From positions 3,045-67,044 of the forward strand of contig CANQCF010000002.1 of assembly GCA_947589505.1 (NCBI GenBank): 64,000 nt of DNA. Direction: 5' to 3'. How positions within the stretch are numbered: the stretch's first letter is position 1; each line of letters opens with the position of its first letter. Positions 27,626-38,344 of the stretch are shown here, piece by piece. A model generated the notes under the pieces. The model did not search any database. It saw only the letters and a list, made by a program, of their open reading frames with translations, and was not told where the DNA came from. The stretch is from an uncultured Acetatifactor sp. (GTDB taxonomy: Bacteria > Bacillota > Clostridia > Lachnospirales > Lachnospiraceae). The position numbers and the translations under genes were made by a program.

Positions 27626-28861
27626 ATGATTATTAAGAAGTATATCGGGAAAAACGAAGAGGAAGCGGTGGAGAGCGCAAAAAAAGAGCTGGGCAGCGGC
27701 GTTGTCATCATGAACGTGAAGCAGGTGAACGCCTCGGGTTTCCTGGGGTTTTTAAGAGCGAAGAGGACGGAGGTTACCGCGGCGCTGGAGGAAGAGCAGG
27801 ACGCGGCGGCCCGACATGCCGCGCCGGATCTTTCGGCGGTTCGGCAGGCGGCGGCTATGACGCTCCCCCAGACGGGCAGCGTCAGCATTGAGAAAAAGCT
27901 GGACAGTCTGCAGACACTCCTGGAGAAACAGCTGAAATCCGACCGGAAGAAGGAGGCCACAGCGGAACCGGAAGCGGGCAGTGCTTCCGACCGGAAACAG
28001 GTCAGAAAAATGCCGGTGGAAGACGGGGCGCAGGAAAAGGCGGCAAAGCCGGATTACTCCGAGCAGGATAAGTTTATACGGCTTTTGTATAACACCATGA
28101 TCGACAATGATGTGGATGAGAAATATGCGAACCAGTTCCTGCAGGATATGGAGAAGAATAAGAAGCCGAATCTCCCCATAGATAATATATTGGCGGGAGT
28201 GTACCAGAAGATGGTGCTGAAGTTCGGCAAATCCGAGGAGATATCCCCTTCTCCGGCGGGCCCCAAGCTGGTATTGTTCATAGGCCCCACGGGCGTGGGA
28301 AAGACCACTACCATCGCCAAACTCGCCAGCAAATATGCCCTGGAAGAAAAGAAAAAGATCGCCCTTCTCACAGCGGATACCTACCGCATTGCGGCGACGG
28401 ACCAACTCCGCACATACGCCGATATCCTGGAGGTACCCTTTCTTGTGATCTACACGGCGGAGGAATTTGCCGAGGCGTGCACGAAAAAGTTTGCCGAATT
28501 TGATTACATATTTGTTGATACCGCGGGGCACTCCCATCACAATCAGGAGCAGCTGGGGGATATGGAGCAGCTTGTGAAGGCGATCCCGGAAGGCATGCAT
28601 TATCAGTGTTTTCTTGTGCTCAGCGCCACGACGAAATACAGTGACCTTCTCAAGATCACGAAGACTTATAAGGAGATTGCGGATTATCAGCTCATTTTTA
28701 CCAAGTTAGATGAGACGGAAACCTTGGGAACGCTTCTGAATGTCAGATTGACGACGGATACGCCGATTGCCTACGTGACTCATGGACAGAATGTGCCGGA
28801 CGACATTGAGAAGTTCAACCCTCAGAGGACGGTAAAACAGCTTCTGGGCGGAAAAGGTTGA
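27626..28861 (+). CDS. flhF: SRP-family GTPase FlhF
   Basis: GPTGVGKTTT, DTYRIAA, DTAG, TKLDE, GQNVPDDI. Confidence 0.95.
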   Translation: MIIKKYIGKNEEEAVESAKKELGSGVVIMNVKQVNASGFLGFLRAKRTEVTAALEEEQDAAARHAAPDLSAVRQAAAMTLPQTGSVSIEKKLDSLQTLLEKQLKSDRKKEATAEPEAGSASDRKQVRKMPVEDGAQEKAAKPDYSEQDKFIRLLYNTMIDNDVDEKYANQFLQDMEKNKKPNLPIDNILAGVYQKMVLKFGKSEEISPSPAGPKLVLFIGPTGVGKTTTIAKLASKYALEEKKKIALLTADTYRIAATDQLRTYADILEVPFLVIYTAEEFAEACTKKFAEFDYIFVDTAGHSHHNQEQLGDMEQLVKAIPEGMHYQCFLVLSATTKYSDLLKITKTYKEIADYQLIFTKLDETETLGTLLNVRLTTDTPIAYVTHGQNVPDDIEKFNPQRTVKQLLGGKG

Positions 28862-28872
28862 GGGGGTATCGA

Positions 28873-29751
28873 ATGGATCAGGCAGAACAACTCAGGATCA
28901 TAAAAGCCAATCAACAGACAAGACCGCTGGCCCGTGTGATCACGGTGACCAGCGGGAAGGGCGGCGTGGGGAAATCCAACACGTCCATCAATCTGGCCAT
29001 TCAGTTCCGAAAGGTGGGTAAGAAGGTCATCATCCTGGACGCGGACTTTGGCCTGGCGAATATTGAGATCATGTTCGGCACTGTGCCGAAGCACAATCTC
29101 TGCGACCTGATTTACCAGGGAAAGAGTATCCGGGACGTCATAACCTGGGGCCCCATGGATGTGGGTTTTATCTCCGGCGGGTCGGGGATCGCGGGGATGT
29201 CAAACCTGAGCCGGGATTATCTGTCCTATATTATCCGGAACCTGGCGGAGCTGGACTCCATTGCGGATATCGTCATTGTGGATACGGGGGCGGGAATCTC
29301 CGATGCGGTGCTGGAGTTTCTGGTGGCCAGCGGAGAGGTCATCCTGGTGACCACACCGGAGCCAACTTCCATCACGGACTCCTATTCCCTGCTGAAGGCG
29401 CTGCAGAGGCATCCGCGGTTCCACCCAGAGGACACGAAGGTAAAAATGCTTGCCAACCGGGTGGAGAAAGAGGTTGAGGGGGAGATGCTCTTTCACAAGC
29501 TGAACTCGGTTGTGTCCAGGTATCTGAAGCTGCCGATGACCTATCTGGGGTTTGTTCCCCAGGACGCCCAGCTGTCCAAGGCGGTGATGCAGCAGAAACC
29601 GGTGTCTTTGGAGAACCCTTCCGCAAAATCCAGCCAGGCTTACGAGCGTGTGGCGCTGCGCCTTCTGGACATAGAGAAAGACAATCCGCAGAAGAACCGT
29701 GGAATGGCCGCATTTTTCTCCCACATCATATTAGGAAGAAAGGGAAACTAG
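28873..29751 (+). CDS. flhG: MinD-like ATPase FlhG
   Basis: MDQAEQLR activator helix, SGKGGVGKS, DADFGLAN, PEPTSITD. Confidence 0.93.
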   Translation: MDQAEQLRIIKANQQTRPLARVITVTSGKGGVGKSNTSINLAIQFRKVGKKVIILDADFGLANIEIMFGTVPKHNLCDLIYQGKSIRDVITWGPMDVGFISGGSGIAGMSNLSRDYLSYIIRNLAELDSIADIVIVDTGAGISDAVLEFLVASGEVILVTTPEPTSITDSYSLLKALQRHPRFHPEDTKVKMLANRVEKEVEGEMLFHKLNSVVSRYLKLPMTYLGFVPQDAQLSKAVMQQKPVSLENPSAKSSQAYERVALRLLDIEKDNPQKNRGMAAFFSHIILGRKGN

Positions 29752-29755
29752 ATTT

Positions 29756-30496
29756 ATGAGCGATGAGAAGATGATTACGAAGTTTATTCAGGAGGGCTGC
29801 AAGATCGAACTCCAGGCGCTGGAGAGATCCAGGACGCTGGGGGCGGACGCGCCCCAGAGGACGTATACCACGAAGATTTATGATATCCTTACGGAGGACA
29901 CCATGGAGGTGCTGATGCCCATGGAGCAGGGACGGCTGATCCTCCTTCCGGTGGACCAGGAGTTTGATGCGGTGATCTACGGGCCCACAAGCCTCTATCA
30001 GTGCGTGGTCCGGGTCATTGACCGCTATAAGACGGACAATCTCTTTATCCTGCTCCTGGAGTTCGCCAGCAATCTGCGCAAATATCAGAGGCGGGAGTAC
30101 TATCGCTTCAGCTGTGTGCTGGAGATGGACTCCCGGAATCTCGCGGAGGAAGAGATCGAGGACCTGGAGAACAGAAGGCCGGGGGAGGGGCTGAATCTGC
30201 AGCCGGGGCTTCCCTTAAAGAGAAGCGTGATCGTGGATATCAGCGGCGGAGGGCTGCGGTTCGTCTCCACCCAGGAATACGCCGTGGACAGCTTTATTTT
30301 CTGCAGCTATAAACTGAACATTAAGGGGGAGCGGAAACAGTATGACCTTGTGGGGAAGGTTTTGGCCGTGAAGGAGCTGGAGAACCGCAGGGGAAACTAT
30401 GAGCACCGGGTGCAGTATTACAATATTCCCCGGGATGTGAGGGAGGAGATTATCAAGTACATTTTTGAGGAAGAGCGGAAGAGCCTGCAAAAGTAA
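29756..30496 (+). CDS. PilZ-domain flagellar brake protein (YcgR/MotI-like)
   Basis: QRREYYR (RxxxR) and DISGGG (DxSxxG) c-di-GMP-binding motifs. Confidence 0.88.
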   Translation: MSDEKMITKFIQEGCKIELQALERSRTLGADAPQRTYTTKIYDILTEDTMEVLMPMEQGRLILLPVDQEFDAVIYGPTSLYQCVVRVIDRYKTDNLFILLLEFASNLRKYQRREYYRFSCVLEMDSRNLAEEEIEDLENRRPGEGLNLQPGLPLKRSVIVDISGGGLRFVSTQEYAVDSFIFCSYKLNIKGERKQYDLVGKVLAVKELENRRGNYEHRVQYYNIPRDVREEIIKYIFEEERKSLQK

Positions 30497-30537
30497 GAAT
30501 CTGAAAATCTGGATGTTTGAGAGAGTGGCGGCGTGAT

Positions 30538-31719
30538 ATGATTGACAATATTAAGAAAATATTGGTTGTTGATGATTCTGCACTCATGAGAAGAGTACTT
30601 TGTGATATAATCAACAGTGACAAAAGATTTCAGGTGACGGCAAAGGCGGCTGACGGCGTGGAGGCCTTTGACCTTCTGACCAGGGAGCATTTCGACGGCG
30701 TTGTGCTGGATGTGAACATGCCCCGGATGAACGGGCTGGAACTGCTCCGGGAGCTGAATAAATTTAAGATTCCTGCGCGCGTTCTGATCGCCAGCACGGA
30801 GTCCACTGAGGGGGCCGCAGTCACACTGGAGGCCCTGGAACTTGGAGCGATGGACTTTGTGGAAAAACCGGGCACTTCTTTTGGGTGCCGCAGCGAAGAA
30901 TTCACGAATTCTTTTCTGGAGACCCTGTATGCGGTCTGCTGCAGCCGGCTGGTGAAATATGAAAACAAGGCGGGTGCGGCGGCAAAGCCCCGGCAGAATC
31001 CGGACAGGAAACCCACTGCCTTTGGCGGAGAAACCGCATCCGGACTTTCCGGCGGAGCGAGACCGGCGGGAAATTCCAGGATCTCAGCCGGGGGAAGCCT
31101 GCCGAGGACGAAAGTACCGGCGGCCCGGAGCGGTTCCAGGATCGTCGCCATCGCCAGTTCGACGGGCGGACCCAAGGCGCTTCAGGAGGTGATCCCCCTG
31201 CTTCCCAGGGAACTGGATGCGCCGGTACTCCTTGTACAGCACATGCCGAAGGGATTTACAAATTCCCTGGCCCTGCGGCTGAACGATCTCAGCCGGATCC
31301 GGGTGAAGGAGGCGCAGGAGGGCGAGATCCTGCAGAAGGGCGTCGTCTATGTGGCCATGGGCGGGAAACATATGAACATCACGGAGAAGGCAGCCGGAAC
31401 CTGCGTGGTGAGTTACTCAGACGAGCCGCCCCGGGAGGGGGTAAAACCCAGCGCCAATTACATGTATGAATCCCTGATGGATACGGACTATACGGAGATT
31501 GTGTGCGTGGTACTCACCGGCATGGGGTCGGACGGAACAGCGGGAATCCGCAGCCTGAAGAAGAAAAAAGCGCTCTATGTAATCACACAGGATCCGGACA
31601 GCTGCGTGGTGTACGGCATGCCGAAAAGCGTGGTGAACGCTGGCCTGTCGGACCAGGAGACGCCTCTGGGTGAGATCGCCCAGAGGATAACGGAGAGAAT
31701 CGGCGTCAGAATGAATTGA
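30538..31719 (+). CDS. cheB: chemotaxis methylesterase CheB
   Basis: Receiver domain plus ASSTGGP, QHMP, LTGMGSDG. Confidence 0.96.
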   Translation: MIDNIKKILVVDDSALMRRVLCDIINSDKRFQVTAKAADGVEAFDLLTREHFDGVVLDVNMPRMNGLELLRELNKFKIPARVLIASTESTEGAAVTLEALELGAMDFVEKPGTSFGCRSEEFTNSFLETLYAVCCSRLVKYENKAGAAAKPRQNPDRKPTAFGGETASGLSGGARPAGNSRISAGGSLPRTKVPAARSGSRIVAIASSTGGPKALQEVIPLLPRELDAPVLLVQHMPKGFTNSLALRLNDLSRIRVKEAQEGEILQKGVVYVAMGGKHMNITEKAAGTCVVSYSDEPPREGVKPSANYMYESLMDTDYTEIVCVVLTGMGSDGTAGIRSLKKKKALYVITQDPDSCVVYGMPKSVVNAGLSDQETPLGEIAQRITERIGVRMN

Positions 31720-31766
31720 ACGATAAGAAAAAGAGGTTTGCCTGAAAAGGCGGAACGGAGGGTAAG

Positions 31767-33851
31767 ATGGACGTTAGCCAGTATCTTGATATTTTCCTTG
31801 ACGAGACGAAGGAGCATCTCCAGAGCTTAAGCGATCAGATTATGAAGCTGGAGTCAGACTCCGAGGACATGAACACGATCAATGAGATCTTCCGCGCGGC
31901 GCACTCCTTAAAGGGAATGGCGGGGACCATGGGCTACAAGAGAATGCAGAATCTGACCCATGACATGGAGAATGTCTTCTCGGAAGTGAGAAACGGCAAT
32001 CTGAAAGTACAGCCCGCTATGATCGACGTGCTCTTCGCCTGCCTGGACGCGCTGGATGAGTACACCCAGAACATCCAGAATACGGCGGACGAGGGAACAA
32101 ACGACAACGAACCCCTGATCAAGAGGCTGAACGATCTCCTGCAGGGAGGCAATAACAGCGCCCCTGCGGAGCAGAAAAAGGAAGAGACAAAGGCGGAGCC
32201 GCCCGCCTCTGCAGATTCCGGTTCCGGTTCCGGCGCGGAGAAATGGAACGACATCCACCTGGACGACGCTCAAATCCATGTGATCCAGGAAGCCCGCAAG
32301 CAGGGTATGGAGTGTTTCGGCATTAACGTAGTGGTGCAGGACAGCTGTCTGCTGAAGGCGGCCAGAGCCTTTCTGGTGTTCAAGGCCATAGAGGAAAAGG
32401 GAGAGATCATCGTTTCAAATCCCAGCGCCCAGGATGTGGAAGACGAGAGATTTGACAAGGATTTTACTCTTTTGGTGGTGTCGACGTCCTCCCTGGACGA
32501 TGTGATTAAGGCGGCCCAGAATGTCTCGGAGATCGCTTCCGTCACCGGTGCGGTGATCGACCTGGAAAAGACGAAGGATTATAAGCCAAAGGAGGAGACC
32601 CCTGCGGCGGGACCGGCGGCAGCGGCATCGGCGGCTCCTGCGGCAGCGGCATCGGCGGCTAAAAACACGGCGGATAAGAAACCCGCGGAGAACAAGCAGG
32701 TAGTGAAGCGTACGGTGCGCGTGGACATCGAGAAGCTGGATGTGCTCATGAACCTGGTGAGCGAGCTTATCATCGCAAAGAATTCCCTGGTATCCGCAAC
32801 CGGGCAGGTACAGGCGGGAGCCGGCGTGGGAGAACATATCGAATATCTGGAGCGGGTGACAACAAGCCTTCACGAGTCCGTGATGAAGGTAAGAATGGTG
32901 CCCATCGAGAGCGTGGTGAACAAATTCCCCCGTATGATCCGGGATCTGTCCAAGAAACTGGATAAGAAAATGGAACTCTATATGACCGGCGAAGGGACGG
33001 AGCTGGATCGGACGGTGGTGGATGAGATCGGAGATCCCCTGATGCACCTCCTGAGAAACTCCGCGGATCATGGACTGGAGTCCGCCGAGGTGCGGGCCCA
33101 GAGGGGAAAGCCCCCCGTGGGATCCATCTTCCTGGACGCCTATCAGGACGGCAACAATGTCGTTATCGAAGTGAGGGACGACGGAAACGGCATCGACACG
33201 GAGGCGGTCAAGGCAAAAGCCCTGGAGAGAGGCGTGATCACGCCGGATCAGGCGGCGGTCATGACGGACAAGGAGATCATCGACCTGCTCTTCCTGCCCA
33301 GTTTTTCCACGGCGAAGAAGGTGACGGATGTCTCCGGCCGGGGCGTGGGTCTGGACGTTGTGAAATCCAAGATCGAGTCCTTGAGCGGCGAGGTGGAGGT
33401 GAAGAGCCAGCTGGGCGTGGGAAGCACCTGGACGATCCGGCTACCTCTGACCCTGGCCATCATCCAGAGCCTGATGGTGAACGTTGGCGGAGAAAAGTAT
33501 GCCATTTCCCTTGGCTCCATCCAGAGCCTGGAGAGCATTGCTCCTTCCGAGGTGAAACTGGTGCAGAACAAGGAAGTGATCTATCTTCGAGGTTCGGTTC
33601 TGCCTCTGATTCGGATGGATCAGGTGCTGGATGTAAAGAGCATCCGCGGACCCGAGGAAGAGATCACCGTGGTGATCGTGAAGAAGGGCGACAAGATGGC
33701 AGGGCTTGTGATCGACGAACTTCTGGGCCAGCTGGAGATCGTGATCAAGCCGCTGGGGAAGTACATCAAACAGTGCAAGTTTATCAGCGGCGCCACCATC
33801 CTGGGCGACGGCGAAGTCGCTTTGATTCTGGACACCAATGCACTCATCTAA
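31767..33851 (+). CDS. cheA: chemotaxis histidine kinase CheA
   Basis: IFRAAHSLKG Hpt, HLLRNSADHG, DDGNG, SGRGVGLDVV, C-terminal CheW domain. Confidence 0.97.
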   Translation: MDVSQYLDIFLDETKEHLQSLSDQIMKLESDSEDMNTINEIFRAAHSLKGMAGTMGYKRMQNLTHDMENVFSEVRNGNLKVQPAMIDVLFACLDALDEYTQNIQNTADEGTNDNEPLIKRLNDLLQGGNNSAPAEQKKEETKAEPPASADSGSGSGAEKWNDIHLDDAQIHVIQEARKQGMECFGINVVVQDSCLLKAARAFLVFKAIEEKGEIIVSNPSAQDVEDERFDKDFTLLVVSTSSLDDVIKAAQNVSEIASVTGAVIDLEKTKDYKPKEETPAAGPAAAASAAPAAAASAAKNTADKKPAENKQVVKRTVRVDIEKLDVLMNLVSELIIAKNSLVSATGQVQAGAGVGEHIEYLERVTTSLHESVMKVRMVPIESVVNKFPRMIRDLSKKLDKKMELYMTGEGTELDRTVVDEIGDPLMHLLRNSADHGLESAEVRAQRGKPPVGSIFLDAYQDGNNVVIEVRDDGNGIDTEAVKAKALERGVITPDQAAVMTDKEIIDLLFLPSFSTAKKVTDVSGRGVGLDVVKSKIESLSGEVEVKSQLGVGSTWTIRLPLTLAIIQSLMVNVGGEKYAISLGSIQSLESIAPSEVKLVQNKEVIYLRGSVLPLIRMDQVLDVKSIRGPEEEITVVIVKKGDKMAGLVIDELLGQLEIVIKPLGKYIKQCKFISGATILGDGEVALILDTNALI

Positions 33852-33867
33852 GAAGGGGGAGCGGAAA

Positions 33868-34359
33868 ATGGATATCAGCAGCCTGAAAAATACAGCGCAG
33901 GGAACGGAAGACGGCAAGGAGGAGACCACACAGTACATTGTGGTGGGGCTCGGAAGCGAAAATTACGGCATCAATATCCGCTATGTGGACAATATCGTAA
34001 GGATGCAGAGGATTACAAGGGTTCCCAAGATGCCGAATTACCTGATCGGCATTATCAATCTCCGCGGAGAGGTGCTCCCTGTCGTGAGCCTTCGCCTGAA
34101 GATGGGCCTGGAGACGGACGTGTACGAGAAGAGCACGCGGATCATCATCCTGAAGACGGAGAACGAGGGAAAAATGGGTGTGATCGTGGACAATGTCCGG
34201 GAGGTCGTGACCCTGGGCAGCTCACAGGTAGACAAGGTGGACTACGATCTCAAATCCGAGGGAAAAAATTTTGTCACCAGCGTGGGAAAACGGGAAAACG
34301 GGGAGTTGGTCTCCATTCTGGATCTGAATTTCATCACATTGGAGGAAAATACCCAGTAG
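33868..34359 (+). CDS. cheW: chemotaxis coupling protein CheW
   Basis: ITRVP and GIINLRGEVLPV motifs. Confidence 0.95.
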   Translation: MDISSLKNTAQGTEDGKEETTQYIVVGLGSENYGINIRYVDNIVRMQRITRVPKMPNYLIGIINLRGEVLPVVSLRLKMGLETDVYEKSTRIIILKTENEGKMGVIVDNVREVVTLGSSQVDKVDYDLKSEGKNFVTSVGKRENGELVSILDLNFITLEENTQ

Positions 34360-34419
34360 GCCGGACAAGGCGCAAGTCTTCCGCAATGTTCTGAAACAAT
34401 ATTCCGGAGGTATCTATTC

Positions 34420-35064
34420 ATGGGCAATATCAATCTGCAGAAGGTTTCGGATGCCTATTTTGACGTGTTGAAGGAGATCGGAAACATCGGCGCCGGGAAC
34501 GCCATGACGGCGCTGTCCCAGATGCTTCAGTGCAAGATCGACATGCGGGTTCCCCAGGTAAAACTCCTGAACTTTCAGGAGGTGGGCGCCCTCATGGGCG
34601 GGGAAGAACAGATTATGGCCTGCGTCATGCTGAGCGTGGAGGGGGACATCACGGGAAATATGATGTTTATGATCGAGACCTCCAGCGCAAGGCGGCTGAT
34701 CAACAAGGTGATGATGGGGTACGCCCAGCCCGGGGAGGCGGAATTTTCGGAGATGGAACTGTCCGCCATGAAAGAGGTTGGCAATATCATTACCGGCGCT
34801 TATCTCAATTCCATCGCTTCTCTGACAAACCTTAAAATTTATCCCTCGCCGCCGGCCCTTACCATCGATATGGCGGGAGCGATCCTGAGCGTGCCGGCTA
34901 TAGAATTCGGCGCATTAGGGGATAAGCTTTTGCTGATCCAGTCCCAGTTCTTTGACGAGGCGCGGATCGACGGATATTTTATCCTCATACCGGATCTGGA
35001 TTCCTATGCCCGGATCCTTGGATCCCTGGGGCTTTCCGTGGAAGGATTGTCGGGGGAGGAATGA
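34420..35064 (+). CDS. cheC: CheY-P phosphatase CheC
   Basis: LKEIGNIGAG and MKEVGNII ExxN motifs. Confidence 0.94.
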   Translation: MGNINLQKVSDAYFDVLKEIGNIGAGNAMTALSQMLQCKIDMRVPQVKLLNFQEVGALMGGEEQIMACVMLSVEGDITGNMMFMIETSSARRLINKVMMGYAQPGEAEFSEMELSAMKEVGNIITGAYLNSIASLTNLKIYPSPPALTIDMAGAILSVPAIEFGALGDKLLLIQSQFFDEARIDGYFILIPDLDSYARILGSLGLSVEGLSGEE

Positions 35065-35084
35065 TTCGTTAAGAGGAAAGAGCG

Positions 35085-35576
35085 ATGAGTGAGATTATAA
35101 AAGTCGGAATGGCGGACTTAAACATCTGTCAGCCGCCTGACGGCCTCACCACATTGGGACTGGGATCCTGCGTTGGCGTTGCCCTGCGGGATCCGGTCGC
35201 GCGGATTGGCGGCCTGGTACATGTGATGCTGCCGGATTCTAAGTCCATTCATAACAGCCAGTCGATGAACCCGGCGAAGTTCGCGGATACGGGAATCGCG
35301 GAACTGGTGCGGAGGATGGAGCAGAAGGGGGCGAAGCGTTCCCGCATGACCGCGAAGCTTGCGGGAGGCGCAACCATGTTCGCCGTCAGCGGCAAAAGCG
35401 AGGTGGGACTGGTGGGACAGAGAAATACGCAGGCCTGCAGACAGTGCCTTGCGGAACTGGGAATTTCGATCCTGGCGGAGGATACCGGCGCCAATTACGG
35501 ACGAACCGTGATTTTTTACCCGGAGTCAGGGGAGTACCAGATCAGGGCCGTGGGGAGGGACAGTTATATTATCTAA
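35085..35576 (+). CDS. cheD: chemoreceptor deamidase CheD
   Basis: TLGLGSCVG, HVMLP, KFADTG, AKLAGGA. Confidence 0.95.
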   Translation: MSEIIKVGMADLNICQPPDGLTTLGLGSCVGVALRDPVARIGGLVHVMLPDSKSIHNSQSMNPAKFADTGIAELVRRMEQKGAKRSRMTAKLAGGATMFAVSGKSEVGLVGQRNTQACRQCLAELGISILAEDTGANYGRTVIFYPESGEYQIRAVGRDSYII

Positions 35577-35618
35577 GGGACAATTCTGATAAAGGAAGGG
35601 CTTGCGGGATATCGCCTT

Positions 35619-35870
35619 ATGGAGAGAAAAAATTTACCGATCATACTGATGCTGGCGGCGGGGGCAGTCACCTGCGTCATCACGTTCATACGAAACGACA
35701 CCATCCTGAAGAAACTGACGGCGCTGCTGATTGCACTGGTCATTTTTTACGCGCTGGGAACCGTGATCAAATGGCTGCTGGACGAGTTTGACAAGCGGAA
35801 CGCGGAGAGAAACTTTGTCCCCGAGGAAGAAATATTAGAAGAAGAGGAAGAAGAGGTGGAGGAAGACTGA
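35619..35870 (+). CDS. small two-TM membrane protein with acidic tail
   Basis: Two hydrophobic segments and a poly-Glu C-terminus; fills the cheD-fliA gap on the operon strand. Confidence 0.65.
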   Translation: MERKNLPIILMLAAGAVTCVITFIRNDTILKKLTALLIALVIFYALGTVIKWLLDEFDKRNAERNFVPEEEILEEEEEEVEED

Positions 35871-35902
35871 CAGCAGCGGCCTCGCCTTGAAAAGGGATTC
35901 CC

Positions 35903-36676
35903 ATGGATGAAACAGCTAGAAAAAAACTCTTAGAAGAATATGCCGCCTCCAGATCCCAGGAGCTACGGGAGAAGATCATCCTGGAGTATGCGCCGCTGGT
36001 AAAGCTGGTGGCGGGAAGACTGTCCATGTACCTGGGATATAACGTAGAGTACGAGGATCTTGTCAGCTATGGGATTTTCGGACTGATCGACGCCATAGAT
36101 AAATTTGACCACATGAAGGAGATCAAGTTTGAAACCTACGCCAGTCTCCGCATCCGGGGCGCAATCCTGGATCAGATCCGCAAGATGGACTGGATCCCCC
36201 GGACGATCCGCCAGAGACAAAAAAAGATTGACAGCGTGATGAAGGAGATCGAGCAGGAGAAGGGGCGGGCCGCCACGGACGAGGAGATTGCCCAGGGGCT
36301 CGGCATCAGTCAGGATGAGTTCCTGGACTGGCAGTCACAGATGAAAGTGACCGGCGTGATCTCGCTGAACGAATTCATGGAGCAGGGCAGCGATGTAAGC
36401 CAGGAATTTGGCAGGGGAACCACCGCCCGCTTTGACAGTCCGGAGGAAAATATAGAGAAGAAAGAGCTCTCAAAGATGCTTTCCAAAGCGCTGGAACTCC
36501 TGACGGAGAAAGAGCAGAAGGTGATCACACTGTATTATTTTGAAGAGCTTACGCTGAAGGAGATCAGCAATGTGCTGGAAGTCTCGGAATCCCGGATCTC
36601 CCAGCTGCATACGAGAGCGCTACAGAAGATGAAGACGCAGATGGGGAGTTACATGGATATTCTGCACAATGTCTGA
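35903..36676 (+). CDS. fliA: FliA/WhiG family sigma factor (sigma-28)
   Basis: GLIDAIDKF, FETYASLRIRGAILD, DWIPR, LTLKEISNVLEVSESRISQLH. Confidence 0.94.
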   Translation: MDETARKKLLEEYAASRSQELREKIILEYAPLVKLVAGRLSMYLGYNVEYEDLVSYGIFGLIDAIDKFDHMKEIKFETYASLRIRGAILDQIRKMDWIPRTIRQRQKKIDSVMKEIEQEKGRAATDEEIAQGLGISQDEFLDWQSQMKVTGVISLNEFMEQGSDVSQEFGRGTTARFDSPEENIEKKELSKMLSKALELLTEKEQKVITLYYFEELTLKEISNVLEVSESRISQLHTRALQKMKTQMGSYMDILHNV

Positions 36677-36736
36677 CATTCCTGATGTTGAAAAAATTCA
36701 GGATAGCATGAAATAAGCCGGATGGGGGCGGTTGAA

Positions 36737-38326
36737 ATGAAAAACGGATATTTTCGTCTGGTGAATACGGAGAAGGGCTATGGCGTCCGGCTGGTGAAGG
36801 CCAGGGACGGCGGAGCGGAGATCCGGGGCATGGATCTGACCGCGTACCTGGATGGGGAGGGCATTTCCTATGACCTGGGCGCCCTCAAAGCGGCGCTGGA
36901 GGGCAGCGAGGATACCGTCCTGGAGCTGGGAGAAGGCCCCTGTCCTGTGGTGAATGAGAGGTATGCGATTTCCGTCGACCAGGACGGGATGCGGGCTTCT
37001 GTGTACTTTCAGGCGCCCTCTGAGACGGGGAAAAGGGTGGAGCTTCAGGAGGTGCTGAAGGATCTGCGGATGAAGAATATCGTCCACGGGATCCAGATGG
37101 GGGCCCTCTCCCAGCATTTCCAGTCGTCCGGATGCTATGACGGCCCGCTGACTGCGGCTCAGGGGCAGCCGCCCAGGCAGGGCAGGGATGCCGAGATCGA
37201 ATATTTCTTCAACACGGATCCCCAGATTCAGCCCACAATGCGGGAGGACGGCAGCGTGGATTATTTCCAGCTGAATATCATCAGCCACTGCAGGGCGGGA
37301 GAAGTCCTGGCGAAGATTCATCCCGCCGATCCTGGAAAACCCGGAGTGAACATTTTCGGCAAGAAGGTACCGCCCAGGGCAGTAAAACAGAAAGTTCTGA
37401 AGTTTGGAAACAATATTCAGCTCTCCGAGGATGGCCTCAGCATCACTTCCCTTGTGGACGGCCATGTGACGCTGGTGGAAGACAAGGTGTTTGTGTCGGA
37501 TGTCTACGAGGTGGAGGATGTGGACCTCTCCACGGGGAATATCGACTTTGCCGGGAGCGTCCAGGTGAACGGGAACGTCAAGGAAAATATGCATGTTTCC
37601 GCCGGCGGAAACGTGGTGATTCGTGGAATGGTGGAGGGCGCTTATATCGAGGCCGGCGGAAACATTGTCATCGCCGGGGGCATGAACGGCATGGCCAAGG
37701 GCGTTCTGAAGGCGGAGGGCAATGTGGTCAGCCGTTTTCTGGAGAACACTACGGTGGAGGCCGGAGGCTATGTGAACACGGAGGCTATCCTCCACAGCCA
37801 GGTCTCCGCGAAGACAGACATCAACGTGACCGGGAAGAAAGGTTTTATCATCGGCGGGAATGTGAAAGCCGGAAGGCTGGTATCGGTGAAGAACCTGGGG
37901 GCCAATATGGGAAATGCCACTGAGGTGGAGGTCGGCGTGGACCCGGAGGTGAAGGCAGAGCTCATCGCCCTGCAGAAAGAGACCACAGAGATCGTAAAGG
38001 AGGTGCGCGGCGCTCAGTCGACGCTGAAGGGTTTCGCGGAGAAAAAGGCAAAGGGGGCCAGGTTCACGAACGAGCAGCTCCGGTCTATTGCGGAGAACGA
38101 TAAGCTGATCCGGGAGAAGACGGCGGAACTGAGCCGGAAGAGCGGGGAACTCCGGATCCTCCAGGAGCGTTATGACGTCCAGAAAAACGCCCGGGTGGAA
38201 ATATGGGGGACGGCATACACGGGAACTACCATCGTCATTGAGGATCTCTCCCTGACGCTCAAGTCGGAATACAGTTACTGTAAATTTGAAAAGAAAGAGG
38301 GAGAGGTCAAGTCTCTTCCCTTATAA
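36737..38326 (+). CDS. DUF342/FapA family protein
   Basis: VDLSTGNIDFAGSV motif and repeated beta-helix A.G.I/V units; alternative start at 36722. Confidence 0.85.
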   Translation: MKNGYFRLVNTEKGYGVRLVKARDGGAEIRGMDLTAYLDGEGISYDLGALKAALEGSEDTVLELGEGPCPVVNERYAISVDQDGMRASVYFQAPSETGKRVELQEVLKDLRMKNIVHGIQMGALSQHFQSSGCYDGPLTAAQGQPPRQGRDAEIEYFFNTDPQIQPTMREDGSVDYFQLNIISHCRAGEVLAKIHPADPGKPGVNIFGKKVPPRAVKQKVLKFGNNIQLSEDGLSITSLVDGHVTLVEDKVFVSDVYEVEDVDLSTGNIDFAGSVQVNGNVKENMHVSAGGNVVIRGMVEGAYIEAGGNIVIAGGMNGMAKGVLKAEGNVVSRFLENTTVEAGGYVNTEAILHSQVSAKTDINVTGKKGFIIGGNVKAGRLVSVKNLGANMGNATEVEVGVDPEVKAELIALQKETTEIVKEVRGAQSTLKGFAEKKAKGARFTNEQLRSIAENDKLIREKTAELSRKSGELRILQERYDVQKNARVEIWGTAYTGTTIVIEDLSLTLKSEYSYCKFEKKEGEVKSLPL

Positions 38327-38344
38327 AGACAAGAGGTGTGAATT

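Noticed and set aside
30538-35576. Missing cheR and chemoreceptors as a sign of a defective chemotaxis system
   Set aside because: These genes, like flagellin and flgKL, commonly lie elsewhere in Firmicute genomes
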